Source: Thecamonas trahens ATCC 50062
Taxonomy: Eukaryota > Protista > Apusomonadida
Direction: 5' to 3'
DNA: 64,000 nucleotides
NCBI RefSeq assembly: GCF_000142905.1
Contig: NW_013657618.1
Location: 1 to 64,000 of the forward strand
The position numbers and the translations under genes were made by a program. Under the pieces are notes generated by a model. It saw nothing but the letters and a program-made list of their open reading frames with translations. It was not told where the DNA came from and made no database searches. Positions 13,701 through 25,753 of this stretch are shown here, piece after piece. Within the stretch, counting starts at the first letter, position 1. Every line of letters begins with the position of its first letter.

Positions 13701-15517
13701 CCAGCGTTGCAAGAGAACGTTCCGCAGACCTCGCCGACCGATCGCTTGGTGGAGCAAGAGGCCGAGAGCTTGCCGTTGGCCGGCGCGCCGAGGAGCGGGC
13801 AGTAGTCGGTAATGAGCGAGCAGACCGGTGCCGAGCCAGACCACACGGCACCAGCCGAGCACGTCCGTGACGACGATCCCGAGAACGCGTAGCCACCCGA
13901 GCAGGAGAAGGTACCGCAGACCTCGCCGATGGAGCGGCGGGTCGAGCAAGAGCCGATGGAGATGGCACCGTTGGCCGGCGCCAGATGCTCTGGGCAGTAG
14001 TTGCCGATGAGGGCGCATGAGGCGGCGGAGCCGGACCAGGCTGCGTTCGACTGGCACGTCCGGCTGGAAGATCCGGACATAGAGTAGCCAGCGTTGCAAG
14101 AGAACGTCCCACAGACTTCGCTGACCGATCGCTTCGAAGAGCACGAGGCCGAGAGCTTGCCGTTGGACGGCGCACCGAGGAGCGGGCAGTAGTCGGTAAT
14201 GAGCGAGCAGACCGGTGCCGAACCAGACCACACGGCACCAGCCGAGCACGTCCGCGACGACGATCCCGAGAACGCGTAGCCACCCGAGCAGGAGAAGGTA
14301 CCGCAGACCTCGCCGATGGAGCGGCGGCTAGAGCAAGAGCCGATGGAGATTGCACCGTTGGCCGGCGCCAGATGCTCCGGACAGTAATTGGTGGTGAGCG
14401 AGCATGTCGGGGTGGATCCGGACCACGACGGGCCGGCCTGGCAGGTGCGACTAGTCGATCCGCCACGGGTGTAGCCTGCGTTGCAGGAGAAGGTCCCGCA
14501 GACCTCGCCGATCGATCGCTTCGAAGAGCACGAGGCCGAGAGCTTGCCGTTGGACGGCGCACCGAGGAGGGTGCAGTAGTTGGTAATGAGGCTGCACCCG
14601 TTGACCTCGGAGCCCCAGGTACCGGTCGACGAGCAGGCTCGCGAGTACTGGCCCGAGTAGCCGGCCGGGCACGCCCTGTAGGCCGTCGATCCGGCATTGG
14701 TGGTCGGGTAGCCGCCTGATGCGGCGCACTGGCCCGCGTGGTATGTAACGGTGATGGAAAAGGCGCTGGCCGCCGCCGCCACCTGCCAAGTCGGGCAGCA
14801 CTCTGGCGGCGGCGCGCGGACGGTGGCGGTCACCTGCTTCTCCTCGCCATCGTTGCTGTACTCGACAGAAGCCTCATCCTGAGCAAGATGGTCCGGACGC
14901 GGGCTCTGCGGGTGCTGGGCAACCGAAAATGGCTGGGTCGACGAGCCGCCGCTGAAGGTACCCGATGGCGTCTCGCCAATCTTGAAGACAAAGCCCTTGA
15001 CGCGAAAGGCGACGCCAAAGGAAGAGCCGACAATCTTGGAGCGGATGTCACCGGAGAGGCCCCAGGTATCCGAGGACGATCCGACGGTGAGAGTACCAAA
15101 TGAGGTACCGAGACTCGAGCGGAGGGTTGTGGTCTTCGACTTGATCGTCGAGCCAGCGAGTATGGTACCCGAGCTGGTCATGAGAGTAAAGTCAACAGCC
15201 CTGATACTGCCATCGGTAGCATCGTCGATGGATGCTGAGTACGACATTGAGACCTGGATGCCATCGATGATGGAGCCAGCAGGAATGGAAGAGAGGCCAA
15301 AGTTGTAACCGATGTGGTGATTTGAGGTTCTGTACTGAGAAGACGTTCCCCCAGAGATGACCATGTCTCCGCTCCACGACACATCAGCGGATCCACGGTT
15401 AACAATCGAAGAGGCCGTGCCCGACTTTGTAGCACAGAGGACAGGATTGGTCAACAGGAGCATGACCATGGCCATGCTAGCCAAGGCTGCGAGGCAACAT
15501 CCGTACTTTGCCGACAT
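4704..15517 (-). CDS. Giant (~3,600 aa) cell-surface protein: signal peptide, ~38 sushi/CCP-like repeats, filamin/Ig-like repeats, Cys-rich (GCC2/GCC3-like) repeats, multi-pass TM module, Pro/Ser-rich tail; frameshift at ~7510
   Basis: N-terminal hydrophobic leader; repeated YCPxLxAPxNG...CxxGY...RTC...WSGxxPxC units. ORF 7475-15517 joins ORF 4704-7880 at GGCCC(C)GGC. Filamin-like motif FAIAPRDAWGN; many hydrophobic helices in the C-terminal third. Confidence 0.85.
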
Positions 15518-16349
15518 TGCGGGAAAATTTCAACGTCAACGAAGGTAAGAGTAGGGAGGATTTGCAAGCAGAGTTGGCAAGGAAGATGGGAAGGAAGATG
15601 GCTTGGTGGTGGAGAGAGGTACCGATGAGCAAAGCCACAAGAATGTGGATACACTCACTATGTAGTACGTTCTTCTTTCAGCTCTAGCAGCAATGCAGAG
15701 ATGAGGTGGGTGAACTGGATGTGTTCCCAGTTCAGAGGGAGAGGGGTGTACGAAGCGAACGTCGTTGTCACACATATTGGCAAAGAACTCGGGTGGCCAG
15801 AGCGGGGATTTTCACTATTTTTTTCGAGTTGAGCACGTGCCAATCTCGTGACAAGCGCTTGCCCGCAACACACTAGCCCGCACGGTGTTTCGCCCTAGTG
15901 TGAGGTTGACAAGGTATGGGATGGCAGTTGGGAGTGATGAGGGGTAGAGAGGGGTAGAGAAGAGGGACATGGTGGTGGTGACAGGCTGTGGAACGTGTTT
16001 GACAGGACGGGCATGGTGGTGGAGGCTGGTGGTGGAGCAGTGCGGGTCAGGAATTTTGTTGGCAAGAAGTCATCTGCCGAGACACGCGTTCGTCACTCAC
16101 GCGCATGCCCCATGCCACCAAAGGTGCCGGTGAGCAAGAATCAGCTGGGTACAGTCATGACCGGGGTGCAGAGGGTGGCGTAGTACTTTCCTAGGGTGGG
16201 TCGGGAAGGAATACCCAGTTCCGAGTCGCTCAGGCTTGCCGTGGCTCGCCATGGTGGTGATGGTGTTGAGCGGCACAGTGCGACCCGCGTGGCCAGCGTG
16301 TGACGACATTGGTCAACGTGGCAGCAACGGGTCTCGGCCGAGGCGAGAG

Positions 16350-19300
16350 TCAGAGACGGGCCATTTCCGAGGCGATCTCCTCGATGGAAGGACGGACGTC
16401 GGCGTCTGCTGCCCAACACTCGTCGATGAGCTCTGCCAGGGCAAGCGAGGGAATGGCGGAGACCGAAGGTCGGGTGCCAGTGCGGATGGCGTGACACACG
16501 TCGAGGACGTTTGAGCCTGGGAAGGCGATGCGTGAGGTGGCGAGCTCGTAGAGGATGGAGCCGAGGACAAAGATGTCTGCGGCGGGCGAGGGTGGAGCCC
16601 CGGCGAGGGCCTCTGGCGAGGTGTACGATGGGCACGGGACGCGAGTCTCTGCGCCCTGCGCACATCGGAGATAGTCGAGGCCGTAGTCGGTCAGCCGGGC
16701 GGTGGCCTTCTTGGACTCGATGGGGGTGTCAAAGACAATGTTGGAAGGGGTGAGCGAGCCATGGCCGCGGCCGAGAGCCGAATGGAGGTTGCCGAGAGCG
16801 CGGACGATGCTCTGACCGACACGCTGGATGATGGGGTCTGTGAGCGGGCGGCGCTTGCCGGTGCGGATGGCGGCAAAGACGTCGCCGAGCGAGCCGCCCG
16901 GAAGCATGGGGTAGATAAAGGCGACGAGCGGGCGCTCGAGACACATGGCGGTGGGCCGAACGACAGTGGGGTGGCGGACAAAGCCAGCGACGGCGCCTTC
17001 GTGGGCGACGTAGAGGAGCTCGAGCGGGGTGGCAGGCTGGCGGAGGAGGAGCTTGATGAGGACGCGTGGGCCGGTAGGCCGCTGAGCCTCGTACACGCGG
17101 GCGTACGAGCCGACGCGGCGAAAGGTGGCGCCGCGGATGAGGTCAGCGACTTCTGCGCCAGCGAGCACTCGCATGGGTAGCTCTGAGACCGAGTGCGAGA
17201 TGGAGAGTCGCGATGCCTCGAGCCGCGAGCGGGTAGCATTGGGTGTGCCGGCAATGTGTGGCTCGACAGGCGCCTCGGCCTCGCGCACGATCTGGACCAC
17301 GTCGACGGCGAGGAGGTTCGATGGGTACTCGATGGGCATGAAGCGGAGCGAGGCATCATGGACGAGGTGTTCGAGCTCAGCCGAGACTGCGGCGGTGGCA
17401 AAGGCGCCGCCGTCGTCGCCGTACTGTGGCCAGGTGTCGCAGAGCCGGTTGGCGCAAGTAAACATGGCCCGCCAACAAACGTTAAGCTCATCGACAGCTG
17501 TGCCCGAGATGCCGCGCCCGCCAGTACAGAGCTCAAGCGAGCCGGCGGAAGCAAGAAGGGTGATGGGCCCGGTCGCGGTCTGGAGTACCGAGATGGCGTG
17601 GATGAGTGCGGGGAGAACGGTGAGGTCATCGAGCGCAAGATGGATGACTCCGAGGTCCCACTCGACGAGCGTCGCGCCGATCCGCGCCGCCAGCTGTGGC
17701 ATGGCGTTATGAAAGTCCTCCAGCACCGAAGTGGCGATTCGCGCGGTGTCGACGAGCGACTCGATGGCCTCGCGGAGCTCGACGCGAACGAGCGTTGTCG
17801 ACGGCTTGGGCAAGAGCTGGATCGCCGGGCATGGGTAGACAATGTCTGTGGCAGAGACCGCGGCGATGCGTGCCAGGTGAGCGACGGCGCCGTCGAGTGT
17901 GAGCCGATCGGCTGGCGACGCGGCCCAGAGAGCGGCCATGACCGGGCGGAGCGCGTCGAGTTCGTCGGTCACGGCCGCGAGCTCTGGTCGCGAGCCGGCA
18001 AGGACTTCGCTGATCATGGCGAGCGGCGACTCGCCGTGAAAGACGAACATGCGGGTCGCCATCTCCCACATGACCATGCCGAGCGCGTAGGCATCAGTCG
18101 CCGACGATGGATGGATCTCGCGGCGCTCAAGAATCTCCGGTGGGGCCATAAAGAGCGAGAGCGCGGCGGCAGCCTCTTGGGTCCGGCCGGCCTCTGAGCC
18201 TGCGGCCCAGTTGTTGCGGGCTTGCTGGCGGACGTCGGCGGCGCGCGGGGCGGCGGCGTGGGCAAGTGGGACCGCTAGTGACGGGCCGTGGCCGGCCTCG
18301 AGATCGCTGGTGGTAGGCTCGTCTGACGCCGAAAGCGCCGAGTTGCCGGTCGAGTTGTTGGCCGAGGTAGCCGAGGCCGTGCCCGAGCTCGAGGACGAGC
18401 CGGCTGCGAGATTGGTGACGAGCTCGCCGGGCACGGGCTTGAGGCTGTGGAGGCCAAAGTCTGTGATGCGCGGCAACCACGAGGCGTTGAGGACGACGCG
18501 AGTGGCGTTAAAGTCGCCGTGGGCCACGTGGGCCTGGGCCAGAAAGTGCAGGCCCGAGGTGATGCCCGAGACCCAGTGGAGGACGATGGAGGCGTCGAGG
18601 GCCAGCTCGGCGTTGTGGACAACGGCCGAGAGCGAGCCGCGGTCTGCGGTCTCGACCACAAGCGCTGGCGGCGAGAGCGAGAGCCCGAGCACGGTGTTGA
18701 TGTTGGGATGCCTCATCGGCGTGAGAGTCATCACGTCGGCGACGAGCGCCTTGAGCGCCGACCGCGAAGCCTTGGGGCAGAGCTTGTCGATGTCCTGAAC
18801 GGTGACGCGCGACGAGGTCCACTGCGCGACGTAGCACGTGCCAAACGAGCCGCGGCCGAGGATGTCGATGAGCGCAAGCTCGTCGGCGCGGATGACCACC
18901 GGTGCGTTGCTGTCAATGCCAGTCCGGCGGAAGCGGCGCCGGTAGACTACAAACACCAGCAAACCGCCAACAATGCCGCACACGACGAGGACGACGACAA
19001 CGGCGACGACAACGATGACCGCCGTCGAGAGCGGGCCCGATGCCTGGCTTGGCACGCTCACAACGTTGAACGTCCGCACAGCCAGCTCCGAGCTGGCGAG
19101 CGACGGCGCCGATGCGACGGCGTAAACCACGTGGATGCCGGCTTCATGGAGCTCAAACGGCTTGATGTAGATGGGTGCCTCTGGGTCGTCCGGCGATAGG
19201 TCGGACGAGAGCGAGTAGCGGATGATGGCGTTGGGCGTTGGACAGGTGAGGCTGACCACGACTGGAGCCGAGTACTCGCCGGCGGCCGGGGAGATTTCCG

Positions 19301-20726
19301 GCGGCGCAGTGAGCTTGCTCACCGCGGCGAGGCGGACGACCTCGAGGGCGGGGCGGGCGCGGTCGATGGCGGCCCGTGCGTCGGACGAGGTGGCGGCCGA
19401 GTACACCTCGCGCAGCAGCTGCGCCCACTCAAGGTAGACGGCATCATAGCCGCTGAGCGTGGCCGAACGCGGGAGAATGCTCGAGGCGCTGAGGACGTTG
19501 CTGTAAAAGTCGAAGCGGAGCGAGTCGCCGGCGGTCGACGCCGCTGCCGTGGCGTCGGCAGCGACTGAGGCGCGCGCAGGGAGGGCAGCGCCGGGCATGG
19601 CGGCGATGAGGGCGGCGGCGTCGTGCGAGCCCAGGAAGGAGAGCAGGTCGATGACGGTGTCCGGAAAGAGAGTGTGGTCCGGGGCGAGGAGCGAGACGAC
19701 GGCGCCGATCTGGGCCGAGTTGGCAAAGGGCGGTGCAGCGCCGGTCGGGTGGACGCGGGGAAAGGGAAAGGCGCCGAGAGAGGGGTGAGAGATGCCGGCG
19801 GCAGCGGCAATGTCGGCCGCGGCATGGGCGCCGCAGACGATGGCCGCCTGTGAGGTGCCGAGAAGGGCGGCGGAAGGAAGGCGCCCGTCGGGTCGCGGAG
19901 CAGCAAAGACCTGGGCGTCGATGAGGGCAAGGAGCTGGTCAAAGACGGCCGAGAGGCGCGAGTCGGTGGTGAACGAGACGTTGCCCGAGACAAAGGCATC
20001 GTAAAAGGCCGGGCCGTGAAGGCGGAGGGCGAGAAAGTCGACGTAGTCTGTGGGTGGAACAGTGTCCGGTGAGACGTGGGTGAGGCACGGGGTGCCGGAG
20101 TGGACAAGGGCGGCGCAGAGATCGAGGAGCTCGTCTAGAGTGTTTGGTGGCGAGAGCGAGTGGGCGGCAAAGATGGGCCGGGAGTAGATGCAAGCTCCGG
20201 CCTCGGCGGCAAGCGGGAGGGTGTGCATGGCGACAGAGTGCGAGCCCGCCGTCAGCGGCAGGGCAAAGCTGGTGAAAGGGCCAATGATGTCGGCGGCGAG
20301 GTCAGACGCCACCCATGCACCCGTGATATTGAGGAGGACGGAGCCGGCGATGAGAGTCTCGTCGTCAACGTCGTGGCCGAGCGGGTAGACCGAGATGATG
20401 TCTGGTGGTGCGGCCGAGCCGAGCCACGAGGCATAGAGCGGGAGCGGTGGGACGGCGAGCGGAAAGATGAGTGCCGACGGCGCTGAGGCCGAGTTTGGCG
20501 GTGGAGGCGGCGCCGGCGATGGCCATGGCCCGATGCTGCCTGTGGACGAGCTGTTGCTCTTGACGTCGTTCCAAAGCTGGACGGCTTCGTCGAGACCGGC
20601 CTGTGCCGCCGGCGAGCCGACGTGGAGGCCAAAGACCCGCAGCTGCGGTGCAACTGATGCTGCCGCCACCAGCCGTCCGTTGAATGCCATGGCCAGCCCG
20701 AGCAGCATGATGATCGACAGTATCAT
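16350..20726 (-). CDS. Receptor-like protein: signal peptide, periplasmic solute-binding-type domain, Fn3/chitobiase-like domain, TM helix, pseudokinase, degenerate cyclase-like linker, second pseudokinase
   Basis: MILSIIMLLGLAMAF leader; SBP-like LPLAAEAGACIYSRPIFAAHSLSPPNTLDELLDLC; PPEISPAAGEYSAPVVVSL...IRYS; TM then RRRFRR. Kinase 1 motifs GRGSFG/HGD/DFG, kinase 2 motifs IK/HGS/DYG. The frame stays open upstream through a His-rich tract. Confidence 0.85.
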   Translation of the reverse strand: MILSIIMLLGLAMAFNGRLVAAASVAPQLRVFGLHVGSPAAQAGLDEAVQLWNDVKSNSSSTGSIGPWPSPAPPPPPNSASAPSALIFPLAVPPLPLYASWLGSAAPPDIISVYPLGHDVDDETLIAGSVLLNITGAWVASDLAADIIGPFTSFALPLTAGSHSVAMHTLPLAAEAGACIYSRPIFAAHSLSPPNTLDELLDLCAALVHSGTPCLTHVSPDTVPPTDYVDFLALRLHGPAFYDAFVSGNVSFTTDSRLSAVFDQLLALIDAQVFAAPRPDGRLPSAALLGTSQAAIVCGAHAAADIAAAAGISHPSLGAFPFPRVHPTGAAPPFANSAQIGAVVSLLAPDHTLFPDTVIDLLSFLGSHDAAALIAAMPGAALPARASVAADATAAASTAGDSLRFDFYSNVLSASSILPRSATLSGYDAVYLEWAQLLREVYSAATSSDARAAIDRARPALEVVRLAAVSKLTAPPEISPAAGEYSAPVVVSLTCPTPNAIIRYSLSSDLSPDDPEAPIYIKPFELHEAGIHVVYAVASAPSLASSELAVRTFNVVSVPSQASGPLSTAVIVVVAVVVVLVVCGIVGGLLVFVVYRRRFRRTGIDSNAPVVIRADELALIDILGRGSFGTCYVAQWTSSRVTVQDIDKLCPKASRSALKALVADVMTLTPMRHPNINTVLGLSLSPPALVVETADRGSLSAVVHNAELALDASIVLHWVSGITSGLHFLAQAHVAHGDFNATRVVLNASWLPRITDFGLHSLKPVPGELVTNLAAGSSSSSGTASATSANNSTGNSALSASDEPTTSDLEAGHGPSLAVPLAHAAAPRAADVRQQARNNWAAGSEAGRTQEAAAALSLFMAPPEILERREIHPSSATDAYALGMVMWEMATRMFVFHGESPLAMISEVLAGSRPELAAVTDELDALRPVMAALWAASPADRLTLDGAVAHLARIAAVSATDIVYPCPAIQLLPKPSTTLVRVELREAIESLVDTARIATSVLEDFHNAMPQLAARIGATLVEWDLGVIHLALDDLTVLPALIHAISVLQTATGPITLLASAGSLELCTGGRGISGTAVDELNVCWRAMFTCANRLCDTWPQYGDDGGAFATAAVSAELEHLVHDASLRFMPIEYPSNLLAVDVVQIVREAEAPVEPHIAGTPNATRSRLEASRLSISHSVSELPMRVLAGAEVADLIRGATFRRVGSYARVYEAQRPTGPRVLIKLLLRQPATPLELLYVAHEGAVAGFVRHPTVVRPTAMCLERPLVAFIYPMLPGGSLGDVFAAIRTGKRRPLTDPIIQRVGQSIVRALGNLHSALGRGHGSLTPSNIVFDTPIESKKATARLTDYGLDYLRCAQGAETRVPCPSYTSPEALAGAPPSPAADIFVLGSILYELATSRIAFPGSNVLDVCHAIRTGTRPSVSAIPSLALAELIDECWAADADVRPSIEEIASEMARL

Positions 20727-20789
20727 GGTCTTGCTCAGGGCGGTCGGCGTAGTGTGGCGTCGCTGCAGAGATAGTCGCGGGCAGTGGCC

Positions 20790-21125
20790 GTGATGAGCAT
20801 CATGTTGATGATGTCCTCGTTGGAGATGGCTGTGATCACTCTGAGCGCAATGATGGTGGTGACCGTGTTGATGGTGACCGTGATGACCGTGATGACCGTG
20901 TTGATGGTGACCGTGATGACCGTGTTGACCGTGTTGATGGTGACCGTGATGACCGTGTTGACCGTGTTGATGGTGACCGTGATGACCGTGTTGACCGTGT
21001 TGACCGTGTTGATGGTGACCGTGATGACCGTGATGACCATGATGGCCGTGATGACCGTGATGGCCGTGATGACCGTGATGACCGTGATGATCATGCCCAT
21101 GCCCATGCCCATACCCATACCCATG
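20790..21125. repeat. 9-bp GTGATGACC/GTGTTGACC minisatellite encoding (HHG/QHG)n in frame with the receptor
   Basis: Directly visible tandem repeat. Confidence 0.9.
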
Positions 21126-22182
21126 CCGACCACCAACATCATCACCACCACCATCCTCTCCCTGTGACTGTGCTACCACTACCACAATCTCGCAAGCCCT
21201 TCCATGTCGCCCACTTCGGCCTGCCGAAGGCGACATGACTTGGTCTGCGTGGGGGGGGGGGGGGGGGGGGGAGAGGGAGGGGAGGGAGGGNNNNNNNNNN
21301 NNNNNNNNNNNNNNNNNNNNNNNNNNNNNNNNNNNNNNNNNNNNNNNNNNNNNNNNNNNNNNNNNNNNNNNNNNNNNNNNNNNNNNNNNNNNNNNNNNNN
21401 NNNNNNNNNNNNNNNNNNNNNNNNNNNNNNNNNNNNNNNNNNNNNNNNNNNNNNNNNNNNNNNNNNNNNNNNNNNNNNNNNNNNNNNNNATGGGTCGGTG
21501 GGGGGTGGCAGGCAGCGGGTATTGGCAAAGTGGTTGCGGCACAGTTGCTCCTTGCACATTGGCGTGAGAGTGTTCGGTGGGGATTTGGGGGGCGTTTGGC
21601 AGGGGGAGAATTTTGTCGCTTGGGTGTCAGAGGTGGGGCATGGGGAAGGGGGGAGGGGGGTGATAGGGGTGAGAGAGAGGGAGGTAAAGTAGGCTAACGG
21701 TTTGGATGGGGTGAAGAGGGAATGACGAGGGGATGACGAGGGGATGAGGGGGTGGGGGGGGGAGGAGGAGGGAGGAGTGGAGGGGGAGGAGGTCAGGATG
21801 AGTGTAGTTTTTAGATTTGTCTTCTGCCGGAATCGTGCACGTCTCGAGCGTCCTCAACAGCGGCGTCAAGTGCAGCCTCGCCAGAAATGGACGAGCCAAG
21901 GACGGCAAGGGCGAGGGCATGGCCGCGGCGGACAGTGTGGACAAGGAGTACAGTGGATGGAAGGGATGTGGGGACAGCAGAGTTGAAACGGACTTTGTTG
22001 ATCAACGATTCTGTCGGGCGGCAAAGAGAGGGTGCCGACCTTGTGATGCCGCTCGAACACAATCGACCACGACGAGATGATGCGCTTCAGTGCTAAGTAC
22101 GCCGCACTAAAGGGATACTAGACATTGTGACTTGCCATGGCCAGCGATGAGCCATCGAGCCAGCAACGGCCTTCAAAGGCCG

Positions 22183-22367
22183 ACAACGATTATCTGTTGT
22201 TCAAATAATCGAAGCAACGATTATCTGTTGTTCAAATAATCGAAACAACGATTACCTGTTGTTAAAATAATCGAAACAACGATTACCTGTTGTTCAAATA
22301 ATCGAAACAAAGATTACCTGTTGTTCAAATAATCTAAACTACGATTATCTGTTGTTCAAATAATCGA
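22183..22367. repeat. Six tandem copies of an AT-rich 31-bp unit with an internal inverted repeat
   Basis: Consensus ACAACGATTA(T/C)CTGTTGTTCAAATAATCGAA; left arms start at 22187, 22218, 22249, 22280, 22311 and 22342. Confidence 0.95.
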
Positions 22368-23122
22368 TGCCACTCGCTGGACATTCCCCGTCCAGCATTG
22401 TCCCTCGTCATTGCTTGATAAGACCGAGGTTGGCAATACGTGTCTGCGGCGGCAGTGGCATTTGAGCAAAGACGGCGAGCGAGTCGGAGAGCACGAAGAC
22501 GTAGAAGGAGGACAGAGGCGAGTCAAGGTGGTAGAGGCAAGCAAGTGTGTAGCAGGCGGTGGGGACATTGTCTACTGAGAGGCGATATCATGGCGGAAGA
22601 GAATGAGTATGGTGTGCTCCACTTTCGTACGGGCCAAGCAACGGCATCGTCGGTGGTCATTCCCTCGGTCCCCGTCGGCGAACTGGGCAAAGTCGATCTC
22701 ATTGTTCCTGATCACATCCAATCGGTCACTTCCATTCCTGAGGCCGTCATCCTCTCCTCGTCGCTCCTCTCAGAGCCATCTCTTCCATCCACAGTTCTCC
22801 TTCCATCCCTCGTCGAGTACTCGGATCTCGCTTCGGATCTCGCAACCGCCGCCTCACCTCCCGCATCGGCATCGGCATCGGCATCGGCAACGGCATCGGC
22901 ATCGGCATCGGCGTCTCGGCTCCTTTCGCCCGGCCCGCTCGCCTCGCCTGACTCGCTCCTCTCTCCTGATCTGATTGCCTCGTGTGATGTGGTTGGCTGG
23001 GCAGCTCGCCGCAAGGCAGCATCGGCGTCGGCGTCGGCGTCGCCTACGTTGGTGATGGTCTCTGTAGAGGCGGATCGATCCAGGGCGAGATCGAGGGCGA
23101 AAGTCAGGGCGAGGCAATTTCG

Positions 23123-24565
23123 ATGGAAAAGGCGCTGATGCTGGCGCGGACGCGGAGCGGAGCAGTGATGGCTCAGTCCGGCAGCGGAGGCGATGCCGAG
23201 GCCGCGACCGGCGGCATGGCCCGGACCATCCGGTGGTACCATCTGCTCCTGCTGTGCTTCTTCTGGACGTGCGGCGGGCCGTTTGGTATCGAGCCTGCGG
23301 TAGGCGCTGCCGGCCCGCTTGTCACCATGCTCGGCCTCATCTCTGTGGGCATCTTCTGGGGCCTGCCGCAAGCGCTGATCTCGGCCGAGCTGGCGGTGAT
23401 GATCCCGGACAACGGCGGCAACTTCAAGTGGGTCCAGCGGGCGTTTGGCCCGGCGGCATCGGCGCTCAACGGGTACAACAACATGGTGATGGCGCTTATC
23501 TCCAACGCGCTCCTCATCCAGCTTGTTGTCCAGTACCTGCCGACGTCGGTGGAGCTCAACTTTGCGCAGGGCGCGTGGCTCATGGCCGGTTTTGTTGCCC
23601 TCTGCCTCGCCATCAACCTCTACCGGCCGACGGCTGTCGCCGAGCTCAACCTCATTATCCTCCCACTGCTCTTTGTGCCGTTTGTAGCCATCGCCGTCTA
23701 CGCCTACCATACCGGCGCCGGCGAGTCGAGTGGGATCCGCAAGTCGCTGACGACGATCCCGCCCGTGAGCGAGATCAACTGGTCGGTCTTCCTCTCCACC
23801 ATCCTCTGGGCCGCCGACGGCTACGACTCGTCGGGCTCGGCCGCAGGCGAGATTGTGGGCGGGAAGCGAGCCTTTCTCCTCGGCGTCATCGGCTCCATCC
23901 CGATCACCCTCGTCAACTACGCCATCCCGATCATGCTCTCGTACTCGATCGCGCCGAGCCTGGCGACGTGGAACCAGGGAGGGTTTGTCAACGTCGGCTA
24001 CGCCGTCTCGCGTGGCTGCGGCGTGGTCATGGTCGTCACCTCGCTCGCCTCAGTCTTTGGCCAGCTCAACTCGGCGCTCGTGCCCAATGCTCGAGTGGTG
24101 TGGGCGACGGCGCTGGCCGATGATCCGCGGCACCGGCTCCTCCCGCGCCTGCTCTCGTACTCGTACCGCTCGCGATCAGGCGTCGTCCGCCCGCTAGTCG
24201 CCATCATGGCCACTGCCCTCGCCGCCCTCGTCGTCGCCCTCGCGCCCTTCCAGATCGTCGTCGAGTCGTACCTCTACTTTCGGCTCGTCAATCTCGGCTT
24301 TGAGTACGCGTCGCTCATCGCGCTGCGGATCAACGAGCCGGAGACGCCGCGCGAGATGCGCATTCCCGGCGGCCTCCTCGTCTGCTTTGTCTTCTGCCTC
24401 CCACTCCTTGGCGTCGCCGGTATCCTCCTCGCCACCTCGACCACCGAGGCCATGGCCGTCGGCATCGGCGCCCAGTTTGTCTTTGCCGGAGCGTACGCTG
24501 TCAGATGGCACCAAGCCCGTGCCATGCGCTCGGCTGCCGAAGCCCGCCCGCTGTTGGGCAAGTGA
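23123..24565 (+). CDS. APC-superfamily permease, polyamine transporter (plant PUT/RMV1-like) type
   Basis: GGPFGIE, GP..LG...FWGLPQALISAEL..MIPDNGG..WV..AFG signature; about 12 hydrophobic segments. Confidence 0.9.
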   Translation: MEKALMLARTRSGAVMAQSGSGGDAEAATGGMARTIRWYHLLLLCFFWTCGGPFGIEPAVGAAGPLVTMLGLISVGIFWGLPQALISAELAVMIPDNGGNFKWVQRAFGPAASALNGYNNMVMALISNALLIQLVVQYLPTSVELNFAQGAWLMAGFVALCLAINLYRPTAVAELNLIILPLLFVPFVAIAVYAYHTGAGESSGIRKSLTTIPPVSEINWSVFLSTILWAADGYDSSGSAAGEIVGGKRAFLLGVIGSIPITLVNYAIPIMLSYSIAPSLATWNQGGFVNVGYAVSRGCGVVMVVTSLASVFGQLNSALVPNARVVWATALADDPRHRLLPRLLSYSYRSRSGVVRPLVAIMATALAALVVALAPFQIVVESYLYFRLVNLGFEYASLIALRINEPETPREMRIPGGLLVCFVFCLPLLGVAGILLATSTTEAMAVGIGAQFVFAGAYAVRWHQARAMRSAAEARPLLGK

Positions 24566-24680
24566 AGCCATCGTGTGTGCGGCGCGATGTATGTGTGATG
24601 TCTGCGCGAACAGAGAGATAGAGAGAGAGAGTGTGTGTGTGTGTGTGTACTGGGATGGAGAGGGTGTAGCGCCGAGCGGC

Positions 24681-25753
<1,073 letters not shown>

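Noticed and set aside
5457-14697. Long antisense and alternate-frame Arg/Ala-rich ORFs here and throughout the window
   Set aside because: Shadow ORFs caused by high GC3 codon usage in the real genes.
22183-22367. CRISPR array
   Set aside because: Palindromic repeats of CRISPR-like length, but directly adjacent with no unique spacers, no cas genes and a eukaryotic context.
22590-23138. Separate ORF or frameshifted N-terminal extension of the permease
   Set aside because: Low-complexity Ser/Ala sequence with no recognisable domain; the permease is complete without it. Unresolved without RNA data.
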